NCBI GenBank assembly: GCA_951406725.2
Contig: OX597817.1
Location: 115,134,001 to 115,198,000 of the forward strand
Length of the DNA: 64,000 nt
Source of the DNA: Octopus vulgaris
Lineage: Eukaryota
Direction of reading: 5' to 3'
The position numbers and the translations under genes were made by a program. Positions within the stretch are counted from its first letter, which is position 1. Every line of letters starts with the position of its first letter. Shown piece after piece: positions 26,735 through 39,065 of this stretch. The notes beneath the pieces were generated by a model. It did no database searches, was not told the DNA's origin, and was given only the letters and a program-made list of their open reading frames with translations.

Positions 26735-26813
26735 TAATAACAACCAGATGAGGACAAATATCCGTCAAATGTAAATAATGTACATAATTCCTCATCTCTT
26801 AAATATAGAACTA
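26385..26813. mobile_element. PLE family D inverted pair
   Basis: Minus repeat 26385-26591 with HHR; plus copy 26592-26813 with tRNA-like 3' half, (AAT)n, HHR segment deleted, and shared tail gatgaggacaaatatccgtcaaatg. Confidence 0.85.
26431..26475 (-). ncRNA. Minimal type-I hammerhead ribozyme motif
   Basis: GACCC-CTGATGA-A-GGCTA-gagggaatat-TAGCC-GAAAC-GTT-GTGTT; perfect 5-bp stem II, one stem I mismatch. Confidence 0.8.
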
Positions 26814-27795
26814 TGGATGTATGTGTTATGGGTGTTGATTTTGTTTGCATTTGGACCTATGGCAGAATTTAAAGGTGTGATAGAATCTATGACATGTAGA
26901 AAAATCTTCGTGTTGTTTATTTAGTGATTGCGGTGAATTATGCATAATATTTAGAAGGCTGCTTTCAGGCATAGCCCACAAGAGAATAGCTGGCCTTTTT
27001 ATTTTTATTTTTATTATCTTATCACATTTTAATTTTTACTTCTTTCTCTTTTACTCTGCTTTCTCACAAAAAAAACATTTATCATATAACTATCATTACA
27101 TTTACTTTCATTATATCTTTATTTTTTATTCTTATTTTTACTCTTTTACCTCTTGTCTTATTTTTATTTCTTTCTCCTATCCTTTATACACCCACTCACA
27201 AAACCCATTTATGTCTATCTTACTTTCTCGCTCTGTATACACATTTACAATATGAATACATAATTCAAAATACTGCCAAAATATCGCCTGAATTTATCTA
27301 GAATTTTAATTAAGAATCTATACCTTCATGGGAGTACCGGCCAATATCCATATCGTGTGGGAAAGGGAGGTTTGTGAACATTATTCTCCTGCCTATATTC
27401 TTCTAACTACTTTTACTCTTTATTCTTCTATTTTATTCCTAAGCTGAATTTTATTCCTTGTAAACTGCAAATTTTCCCTGTCTAAAGTATTCATATCTTG
27501 TTTCTTACAACGGAATACCCAGTGCGTGGACATACTAACCTACCGCTTGGGTTATCCCAAAAACGGCTGTAAGACTTTAAATTCAGCTTACCCTAATAGA
27601 ATTATTCTAAATGACTTGAGATACTCATTCTGCTTGGGTTATAATGTTTCCTCTACCTGCTATACCAGAACCCTAATACAGATCCCTAGCAACTGCCTTA
27701 GCTGGGATCTTGGAACCTAAGGGTCGACCAGCTATAGCTCTTACACAACGTACCTATTCGTTTACATCACAATTGAACTAAACCCTCATATTCTT

Positions 27796-27876
<81 letters not shown>

Positions 27877-28934
27877 TTGTGTGTCATTGTATTTGTATGT
27901 GTACCCTATCGCGGCTTGATAATCGGTATTGACTTCGGCAAAAGGGACTAATAGAACAAGTAAAAGGCTTAAAAACTTAAGTACTGGACTCGATTTGTTC
28001 CAATAAACCCTTCATGGCAGTGCCCCAGCATCACTGCAGTCCAATGAGTGAAGCAGATAAAAAAGTAACGATAAAAGATAATCTGATCAACTGCCGAAGA
28101 CACGAAGGTTTATGACCTCGATACTGACCAAGAGAACTTTGAAAATAACTGCCTTGTTTGTCAATATATTGTGACCATTTGATATTTAAAGGTTTCACGT
28201 AGGAATGTTGAAGCCATATGATATTAGATGAAGTACGTTCTATACTTTTGATCTTCAACGATAGCCTAATAACTAACTATATATTATAGTTTCACTATGT
28301 GTTAGGTGAGAGCTAAAAATAACTCCCAAGGCCTATGAAAGTAAAAAAAAAAAAAAAAACGTTGATTTTAACAAAAGGTTACCAACAATAATTCGAAGAA
28401 GAACCATTAGTGGCATGTTTTGAGATTGACAACCGGCCTTAAGACGCAGGAGACTTAAGGTTGTTAGATTCTATTTGCGACAGGGGGAGCTTATGTGAGA
28501 ATTCAACAAGTTCGAACACAAGGACGATATACAATCACATACATTAATTCAGGAAAAATATCATTCACAGCAACAGAAAGTAAATGACGCACATAGTCAC
28601 GCAAGCTCAAACGCACATATATTTACGTACATACACACACACCCACAATCCATACATATGTACACACTCAAGCACGTGTACATGAACATACTTGCACAAA
28701 CACGCTATATACAAGCACACACTCATTCCATCACATACGGCCGCAAGCTTGCGTTAGTCACAAAATATTGACTGTTTTGCTTAAATTTATGTCAGTCATC
28801 AAAATTTATTGCTTATCAAAGCAAAAACAGAATAAGGTATTAAATCAGATTTTAAAAGAAGAAAGTCAGACCAGAAAAGATAGAAATAAAAAGAGAGGGA
28901 GAGTGATTGAAAGAGTGAAAGAGAAAGATCGAAT

Positions 28935-29019
<85 letters not shown>

Positions 29020-29199
29020 TGACAGAAAATGGAAAAAGGAGAAACGTAAAATAAGATATGATGGAGAGAAAGAGAAAAATCTAGTGCACAAAAACCCAGG
29101 AAATGCTTAAATATTTGATCAACTTTTAACACGATACTCTTGATTTTTTAATCTAAAACCAAATTAGTAATGCATGCATGAATATTATTATGAGGGTTA

Positions 29200-29318
<119 letters not shown>

Positions 29319-29859
29319 TTCACCACTCTTCTGGCTGTATCTCAACTAATCTGTCTGTATGTCAGTCTCTGATCTTTTTTTGTTTTTCATTATCTGTCTG
29401 AAAATTTATCTTGCTATCACACTCTCCTTTTATATGCGTGTATGTGTGTATGTATGTATGTATGTATGTATGTATGTATGTATGTATGTATGTATGTATG
29501 TATGTATGTATGTATGTATGTATGAATGTATGTATGTATGTATGTATGTATGTATGCATTGATGTACTGATTCATCTATATATGTATATGTATTTATCTG
29601 TATACATGTGTTCATGTGTGTATGCGTGTGTGTGTTTATGTATATATGTGTGTGGTTGGTGGTAAGAAGCTTGCTTCCCAACCACATGGTCTACTATCGT
29701 CTCGGGTCGACCAAAGCCTTGTGAGTGGATTTGGTGGACCGAAACTGAAAGAAGCCGTCGTATATATATATATATATATATGTAGGTCCCGGGTTGAGTC
29801 GAGGTTAACCACAGTAAATAAGGTACTCAATACATAGCAGAGTAAATTAATTTATTTTT

Positions 29860-29950
29860 TAGAAGGAGCTTCTACAGGACTAGAACTGTTTCATTCAAAC
29901 GAAATCATCATTTGAATGAAACAGTTCTAGTCCTGTAGAAGCTCCTTCTA
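29860..29950. repeat. Perfect 40-bp inverted repeat with 11-nt loop (PLE-type fold-back)
   Basis: Arms 29860-29899 and 29911-29950; minus strand from the loop reads TGATGA...GAAAC...GTC. Confidence 0.9.
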
Positions 29951-30066
29951 TAAAATATATATATATATATATATATATTCAATTATAATATATTATCTTA
30001 TAATATATCATTATAAGATTGTAAATAAAACGTGAAAATCAGACAAGGTTGGAATTCTTTTTATTA

Positions 30067-30165
<99 letters not shown>

Positions 30166-30331
30166 GATAGATATGTGTATGCATCTTTGTGTTTATTTTT
30201 GCCACCTTTCCATCATTTGAGAACCAGTATTGGTGTGTTTACTTAGCGGATCCGCAGCAGAGATCGATAGAATAAATACCAGGTTTAAAAGAAAAATATG
30301 CTTCGGAGTCGATTCATTCGACTAAAAATTC

Positions 30332-31155
30332 GGATGTATTCAATTTGACGGACAGATTGTTTAATTAATTATTTTTTTAACTAAACACTTTGAAACTTCG
30401 GATACCAGTAGAATGTGTCATGGCTATTTTTTCTAGCAGATCATCCAACGACATACAGGCAACAACGTGGTTGGTCTGTCTCAGTAATAATTTTGTTGTT
30501 ATTTAGCCTCAAATCAACCCTGATACAGCAAACCTATCTTCAAAGTCATTTCAGCCTTCAGAAAACCGTCTTTTTAGGGATAATCTAGGACATTACGTAC
30601 AGTGGGCGAGTGATTTAGGGCGGGGGATACTTTGGCTGCTATTTTTAGCGTGTCAATAGACAAGATAGAAGCTCTTTCATTGGTTCGATTGTGTGATGAG
30701 ATATATGTATGCATATATGTCATCGGCAGAAGCTAGAGAGTTAATCAAAAGCTGAGAGTTTCGTGTATTGGCGCTTATCAAACACGAATAGATAGATAGA
30801 CAGAAATGTTTTATTATTAGCCACACAGGGGACAAAGTAGAGCTTTTCTTTTTGGGGAGAAAAAATAAAATAAATTAAAAAATAAAAAATAATAAGGGGG
30901 TAGGCTTTCGATCAAAAGGGATCGTAAAATGAGAGAGAAAAAGAAAACGATCAATAGGGATCGTGTATCACAGAAATGTCATGATGTAAAGTGTAAAGTG
31001 GGAAGCATATAAGGTTTATCTGTGGAAAGAAAAGCCTACGGAAAACACCACGGTAACCTCGGTCAATAATGTCACATGTTAACACATTTATTTTCAAGTA
31101 AGAAACTCTCTGTTTTAAATTTTTCCGGGTTCATAGGATTATGCTCAAGGTGGCT

Positions 31156-31249
<94 letters not shown>

Positions 31250-31612
31250 GGACACATCTCCATATATGTTACTATAAAAACATCTCTGGTTATTAAAGAA
31301 GGGTAATGTTTGGGGTGATTTTCAGCTTAAATTTTTCTGTTATCGGAGAATCATCGTTTTGTGAATGGACCTGGACGTTGATCGCAAACAGCAGCAGTAA
31401 TTTTCTGCAGCTGAATACACGTCATTGATTGGTTAAACTTTCCCAAATACGACAACTTTAACACGAAATAACTTCTAGAATACAAAATTTTGTCAAAAAC
31501 GTTAAGAGTAAATCATGTTCTACCATGACGCATTCTACCAGTATCCGAAGTTTCAAAGTGTTTAGTTTAAAAAAAGTAATTTAAAAATCTGTAAGTCAAA
31601 CTGAATAGATCC
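30332..31612. mobile_element. Non-autonomous TIR DNA transposon (Merlin- or Mutator-like)
   Basis: Imperfect TIRs of about 90 bp, GGATGTATTC.../...GAATAGATCC; exact 8-bp TSD AAAAATTC at 30324-30331 and 31613-31620. Confidence 0.85.
30800..31155 (-). mobile_element. Probable LINE 3' UTR fragment in (GATA)n
   Basis: Minus end ...tttgtcccctgtgtggctaataataaaacatttc with AATAAA; GATA repeats on both sides. Confidence 0.45.
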
Positions 31613-31712
31613 AAAAATTCTTCAAGGTGGTGTTACAATATGGCTGCAGTCTAATGACTGAAACAAATAAAAGATGAAAGATAAAAGATATATATTTATA
31701 TATATATATATA

Positions 31713-33132
31713 CTAGCAGTATTGCCCGGCGTTGCTCGGGTTTGTAAGAGAAATAACTATATTGAGCATTTTTAGAGAGTTATAGCCAAAAATAGCAAAA
31801 ATATGCATTAAAAATGAAAAAAAGTGATGGTAATTTTTTTTTAAATCGTTGACTCATCGTAGACAATTTTAGAGAGTTACTTCCCTTATATAATGGCGAA
31901 AAAATGCATTAAAATGGAAAAAATGATGGTAAATTGTTTTTAAAATCGTAGACTCATCGTAGATGCGCGCTAATACCCAGAAGGGCTCGATATGAATCAC
32001 GACTATAAGATACCCGGTTTTGGTTAAACTGCACCGCAAAATGTGGGAGTAGTTAGGAATCTAATTCGTAGGAGACAGACACACAACCTTACTTTTATAT
32101 ATAAAGACTAGCAGTATCGCCCGGCGTTGCTCGGGTTTGTAAGAGAAATAACTATATAAGCATTTTCTAGAGAGTTACTTCCCTTATAGATGCCAATTCG
32201 GGCTTTCTTAGCCATTTCTGTTTTGGTGTATTCAAGCCATGAAGTCGTTGTTCTAAAAGAACGCTGGTCTCCTTGACAACGCTTTACGACGTTGATTTCC
32301 TTACGCTCACTTCCCCACATCTTCACGAGGGAGGGAAGAAGGGGGAAAAGCAACACAGGTGCAGGTGTGACCATGGACGCCAACTCCGCCGCCATCGACA
32401 CACGAAAAAATATGCATTAAAATGGAATAAAAAATGATGTTAAATTATTTTTAAAATCGTAGACTCATCCTAGACGCGCGCTAATACCCAGAAGGGCTCG
32501 ATATGAATCACGACTATAAGATACCCGGTTTTGGTTAAACTGCATCGCAAAATGTGGGAGTAGTTAGGAATCTAAATCGTAGGAGACAGACACACAACCT
32601 TACTTTTATATATAAAGACTAGCAGTATCGCCCGGCGTTGCTGGGGTTTGTAAGGGAAATAACTATATAAGCATTTTTAGAGAGTTACTTCCCTTATAGA
32701 TGCCAATTCGGACTTTCTTAGCCATTTCTGTTTTGGTGTCTTCAAGCCATGAAGTCGTTGTTCTAAAAGAACGCTGGTCTCCTTGACAACGCTTTACGAC
32801 GTTGATTTCCTTACACTCACTTCCCCACAGCTTCACGAGGGAGGGAAGAAGGGGGAAAAGCAACACAGGTGCAGGTGTGACCATGGACGCCAACTCCGCC
32901 GCCATCGACACACGAAAAAATATGCATTAAAATAGAATAAAAAATAATGTTAAATTATTTTTAAAATCGTAGACTCATTGTAGACGCGCGCTAATACGCA
33001 GACGGGCTCGATATGAATCACGACTATAAGATACCCGGTTTTGGTTAAACTGCACCACAAAATGTGGGAGTAGTTAGGAATCTAAATCGAAGGGGACAGA
33101 CACTCACACAACTACAGTTTTATATATATAGA
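31713..33132 (-). mobile_element. Tandem trimer of non-autonomous Helitrons
   Basis: Units 31713-32107, 32108-32618 and 32619-33132; each has 5' TC, a 3' hairpin and CTAG; direct CTAG|TC junctions. Confidence 0.92.
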
Positions 33133-33139
33133 TATATAC

Positions 33140-33172
<33 letters not shown>

Positions 33173-33211
33173 TTGTGTGTGCCTGTATATATACATATAT
33201 ATATATGTATA

Positions 33212-33247
<36 letters not shown>

Positions 33248-33250
<3 letters not shown>

Positions 33251-34534
33251 GGTGGAGAAGCAAAATTTACAATATTTTGAGGCAGGGATTGAAAGACATT
33301 GTAGGACCAATTAGTTTATTGAAAGTCATGAGAATTATTTGCCACAAGAAAATTTACATAACAGAAAATTTTTTTTATTCTATGTGTCTCCCTTCTTTCT
33401 GAATAACTGCCTTCACAGGCTTCCTGAAACTTGCGCAAGTGTTCCTCAAATATTCGGGAGACAAAGTCTCCCATTCTTCTTTAATAGTATCTTGAAGAGA
33501 GTCGACATTAATGTGTGATGTTCTATTAGTGGCATGATCTAAAACGCCCCAAATAGCATAATCCAGAGGGTTTAGATCTGGGCTAGAAGGTGGCCATAAA
33601 CATGATTCCAAAAAATTGCTAAAGTTAGATTTGCAGAAATCTTATATTTTTCTAGCTGTGTGTGCTGGAGCACCATCCTGTGTCCATACATAATTACCAT
33701 CTGGGTAGTTTGCTTTAAGCCATGGCAATACCTGGTATCTCAGAGTCTTGTAGTAAGTATTAACATTGATCTTTTATTCGGATTTGTAGAATTTTATACG
33801 CACTTTCTTTCTATCGGAAGCCACAACACCAAAAGCCATAACTTGAGCAGGATGTTTTGTTTTGAATGTCCCCTTAACTTCTGCTGTTGATTTTGCAATA
33901 AATCTGTCATTTCTGCAGTTCAGAACATAATCTACACTGAAGATCTTTTCATCTGAAAAGATCGTTACAATGGAGGACTCTTTTTTGAACCATGTAATAA
34001 TTTTCTTGCACCTTTCCTATCTCTTTTCCTTCATAGCTGTTGTCAAGAAGTATTTTGGTGTTCTCGTGTAAGATTTTAACCTCAAATCCTATTTTACTGC
34101 ATTTCTAATGGTCTTGTTGACTTCCTCAATTTCAATTGCCATTTTTCTCATGGATTTGGTTGGATCCTATAGGATTTGGGATTTGAGAACTTTAATAAAA
34201 GCTTCGGTAAGTTTTTGTTAATTCCTCCACTTCCAGACCTCCTCATAATAGTTTTGCTCATAGTCATTCTATTCTTTTCCATTATAAACATTCTTTATGG
34301 ACACTCCAACTATTCTTGAAATTTCCTTTGGTGTCACGAGAGCATTCAGCAAATCACACACTCTTTGACATTTGCCTTCCTGATTACTTATAGGGGCAAA
34401 AGTTTCTGAAAAGGTAAGGATAATAGTGTTAGGTATGATTACGACATCAATATATGCTAGGTTTCAAAACAATTGACTTAGTGCCTGCTGAGAAAAAATA
34501 ACTTAACGTTCATTGTAAACTTTGCTTCCCCACC

Positions 34535-34537
<3 letters not shown>
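33248..34537 (-). mobile_element. Full-length decayed maT (DD37D) Tc1/mariner transposon
   Basis: 26-bp TIRs CAGGGTGG(A/G)GAAGCAAA(A/G)TTTACAAT in TA context; IFSDEKIF, QDGAPAH, WPPSSPDLNPLDY with 37 residues between the second and third Asp; stops and frameshifts. Confidence 0.95.
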
Positions 34538-34614
<77 letters not shown>

Positions 34615-34616
<2 letters not shown>

Positions 34617-35110
34617 GGGGTTATTCAAAAGGAATGAAGCGATTTCATTATGCAGTATTTTAATAAGGAAATGCATTAGAAAACTCCAGCTAAGTCACAA
34701 GTATTTACTCACAATCAGATTTTATGTTCTGTCTTACAATTGTTCAATGTGGCCACCACCTACAACACAGGCAACATCAATGCGATAAGAGAATTCCTCC
34801 CAGACGCGTATCAGCATATCACTATCCACTGAGTTGATCTCTGTTGTATGATTTTTTTCTTGTGGGTATATGTAAAAGATTGCGTTTATGTTGCACCGCT
34901 ACTCACTAATCTCGATGAACTTAAGCATCGAATAACAATAGCGATCAACATAGTGGATCGTGATATGTTGATACGCGTCTAGGAGGAATTCTCTTATCGC
35001 ACTGATGTCGCACGTGCTGCAGGTGGTGGCCACATTGAACACTTGTAAGACAGGAAATAAAAGTTGGTTGTGAGTATATACTTGTGACTTGGCTGGAGCT
35101 TTCTATTGCT
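34615..35110 (+). mobile_element. Palindromic derivative of a rosa-like (DD41D) Tc1/mariner 3' end
   Basis: FFLWVYVKDCVY...NLDELKHRI...RV*EEFSYRTDVARAAGGGHIEHL* at about 34850-35047; inverted arms about 34670-34838 and 34943-35110. Confidence 0.8.
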
Positions 35111-35203
35111 TATATATATATATATAAATATATATATATAATATATAATATATAATATATAATATATATATATTGCTTATATATATATAATATATATAAT
35201 ATG

Positions 35204-35244
<41 letters not shown>

Positions 35245-37311
35245 AAGGGAGAGAGAGACAGACAGAGGGAGGGAGAAGGAGAGATAGATAACCCTGCAAA
35301 CTCACGATAGCTTTTCTTTTAAATTCTTGAAGCTTTCCAAGTTTGCAGATTATAATATTATCATTTTAATGCTGAAGAATAATTGTTCCTAACGTCCATG
35401 TTTCAACCATTCATCACTTCTTAATCGAAACATAATTTCCAAATTCCTTGTACATTTTATACGCTTTGTCAAAAGAAATGCATATATGTAGTTTTGCTCG
35501 TCTTCTGTCTGACGTAAAAATTTTACATGACCAGAATATGTCAAAGTTCATAGTTGAGCTTATTGTAATATTTCAGCTGTTGTATTCTGTCTGTTAAGAA
35601 AAGGAAAGCATTTGTGCTCTGTATAAAAATAGCATCCACAAACTTCCTGCACTAATGTGTTTATAATTGTATGGAATATTTTAATGCTATATTTTAATAG
35701 TTTATAGCTGCAATTTTCGTAGTTCTGAAAAATGTAGAAGCATTGTCAATCAACTTACTAAAAAGCGTACGTAGTTTGCAAATTCAGGATATTGTTTCGA
35801 CGATTACAACAACCGTTTGAGACAGATCTTGAATTATTTATACTCGCAACAGTTCCATTGTCTGTTGTGTTAACAAATGTACAATTCGGTCATTTACTTA
35901 GTGATAATATATTCTCTACTTTGACAAATATGGTGAAGGCAGTCCTTCTCTGATAATACTTAAAAAATCGAAACATCTGGGATTTTATCCCTTTGTTTCT
36001 TGCACAATTGATAGAGACATTTCTCGTCGCCTAAATTTGCGTTTCCTTACCACATAATTATTTGTAGTTAATATTTTTAGTTCTCCACGCATTAAATATA
36101 TTACAGAGATCTAATCTACAACAGACTATATTGGTTATTGTTATGATATGTGAAATCTCTGGTCAAAGCATCAGATGTTGGATGTGACAGTGGTTACTGC
36201 TCTACATTTTCTTGTATTAAAGTGTTTTCAGATGGTTTGGCTGGACATTACCTTTCATTATTGAATTACTCATCTCTTTCAAGTGGAAACAAGTTTTGGA
36301 CTATTTCAAAATTGTTCCCTTCTCGTATTTATAAACATATCCGAGAAGATTAAAGGAACTTACGACCGACAAGTAAAGCCAACTGAAGGTGACACACAAT
36401 TTATCTTCTGCAATAAAAGTCTCATACAACATGATGGCAAGATTAAGAATACTTGTCAAAAAGCTTCCTTTTTGTAAACAACAGCTTGAACAATCAAATT
36501 TAGTAATATAACTCCTTGAAACATTAGTCACTTATTCAGAAACATTAATCAGTGTTTTCTTCTAAGATCATAAAATTGAGACGATGGTCTGGTTCTGAAC
36601 TCAACTGGAATCAATAGATTTAAGCTGAATAAAGAACTTTTAAGTACACGGAGTTTTGCTTGTGGCACTTCGAAAAAATGCTGCTGCTATGATTAATAGG
36701 ATTATAAATGTAAAAAGATAATCTTATCTGGAATAGTGATAATTAAATGTGAGATATAAATAATTTCATATAATGAAAATGTCCGAATACAACAAAAGGT
36801 TAATTTTCACTAATACTGAGCCTTTTGTGAAGAAATAGTAAAGAACGTTTGATGTGTAGACTTATATGTTTATATGTACAACTATATATTTACAAATACG
36901 TTTTCACAAAATGCTGGCCTATTTCTGCAGAAACAGAGAATATATCAACCCCTAACAAATGCTAACCTCTTAAAAAGTTCAAGTGCAACCTACAAAGCAA
37001 TACTGCCCCCACATCTAGAACAGTGCCATTTTGGTACGTGCCAGACCGCACGCGCACACACACAAACGCGCGCTCGCGCGCTCATACGACATAGTTTAAT
37101 GCAGATGCATCATGCACCATGAATTCTTGATTTATCAAAATAATCTTCGCCCCAAGAGGACCTATGATAGTTAAGGATGCATCATAATTGTCAAATAGTA
37201 CTTACGACAAGCTTCACTCGACGAGGGGAGATAATCTCAAGATCCAGGCATTTGCCAAAGATAGCCAGGCATTATGGAAAAAGACTGGTTTATTGTATGT
37301 GTGTGTGTATA

Positions 37312-37364
<53 letters not shown>

Positions 37365-37498
37365 TGTTGGTAATATTTTCCCTCTCTACTTTTCCGTTTT
37401 CTTTTCTGATGAAGAGCAATGTTTGAACTAATACATTCCATGTGCGCGTCCTCCTGTTGTTTTGTTATTCTTACATTTGATGTTCGATTATATATACA

Positions 37499-37565
<67 letters not shown>

Positions 37566-37582
37566 GTATATATATATGTATA

Positions 37583-37661
<79 letters not shown>

Positions 37662-38836
37662 TTTACGTATACTTGAAAGTCTATGAAAATTACTTATTAC
37701 AGTTTTTCAAGTGGAAAACTGATTTTTCTAAACAAATTATTTTAAAAATGTTATGAAAAGGAGGATGTTATTAATCTTTTTCCGGAATAAATTTTCTTCT
37801 AGTGTGTCGGGATTTCCTTCAAAATTCTGTCACTTGAGTTAAAAATCTCTCGTTGATTTCGATCTGGTCAGTGCCATCTTGGACGTGTATCAATATTTTA
37901 AATATCTGCGTGTCTGTGAATGCATGTGTGGAAATTTCAAAGAAAGAAATCTTCATACATATACGTATTTTGTGTGTATCTGCACCTTATGTATATCTTT
38001 TACAAATATGTGGTACTGTGTGTATCTGTGTGTTTGTGTGTGAAAAATATTATATTTACTATGAAATGTTTTATCCATTGGCGTTTTTAGTGTGCATCTT
38101 CTTATGATTTATTGAAATTAATACGCATACATGTACACAAAATAGTGCGTTCTCGCACATGCACCGATATAACCTATACATATACACGTTCCCATATTCC
38201 TGTACATACTCATGCATTTCTATATGTATAAGGGCGATCATACATATTCATATAACAACATTCATACATATTCATATGAGTAATGAGATGTATGCTAATG
38301 TAAAATATTAGCGGGGGTTGGACAACAATGTACATCACTAAAATAACTTGGTGTGTACGTCTGTCACGTTTTGAGTCGAACTTCAAAAATAACTTGCACT
38401 GAGATATGACGGGTTAGAGGAATAATTCCTTGAAATCAAAGGATATACTATCACATTATCTAGCAATCTGTATTGCTAAAATAACAATATATGTATTTAG
38501 TACTCTTTCACATGAACTAGAAAATAATTTGAACTAAAATAACGGGTCAGATCACCTAAAAATCAAATGATATACACTTCCTTGTGCAATTATCAATATA
38601 TCTGTCTATCTCCGTATGATTCTATCAGCATGGTTATCTGTAACAAAATACCATATTTTATTCGCTCTTTGTGCGTATATAAATAAATATGTGGGTGTAT
38701 ATGAATAAATATAAATAAATAAGTATATATATATATATATATATATGTTTATGTGTGTATAGTTATATATATTTCTTTCTATACATATGTCTGAATGTTT
38801 GAATCTATCAGTCTGTTTGTGTATGTCTCTATCTCT

Positions 38837-38875
<39 letters not shown>

Positions 38876-39012
38876 CGGACAAATATATATATATATATAT
38901 GGGTACATCAACACACCTACACATTCAAACACAGCCTTACATGTCACTGCACTGTACATCTACTCTATATCTATGCGATCTTTATATTTATATAAATATC
39001 TCTGCTTTTATG

Positions 39013-39065
<53 letters not shown>

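Larger units (their letters stand above)
24565..27790 (-). mobile_element. 5'-truncated PLE with inverted pseudo-LTR and nested insertions
   Basis: Minus 26997-26850 encodes CGLCLKAAF*IL.../SLNKQHEDFSTC (GIY-YIG C-terminal CxLC...LN..E...C pattern); repeat 24565-25060 recurs inverted at about 27050-27625. Confidence 0.75.
29655..31690 (+). mobile_element. SINE family B in three pieces (29655-29762, about 30185-30331, 31613-31690)
   Basis: Pieces are colinear with the family B sequence once the inserts are removed. Confidence 0.75.

Noticed and set aside
32108-32401. Duplicated 97-aa and 82-aa ORFs as a gene pair
   Set aside because: They lie within Helitron tandem units, have no recognisable domain, and their ends differ by a frameshift.
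35290-36805. Possible piggyBac fossil (TAACCCT...AGGTTAA ends, GTVASIN-like motif)
   Set aside because: Motifs too weak and no convincing TIR pair by eye.
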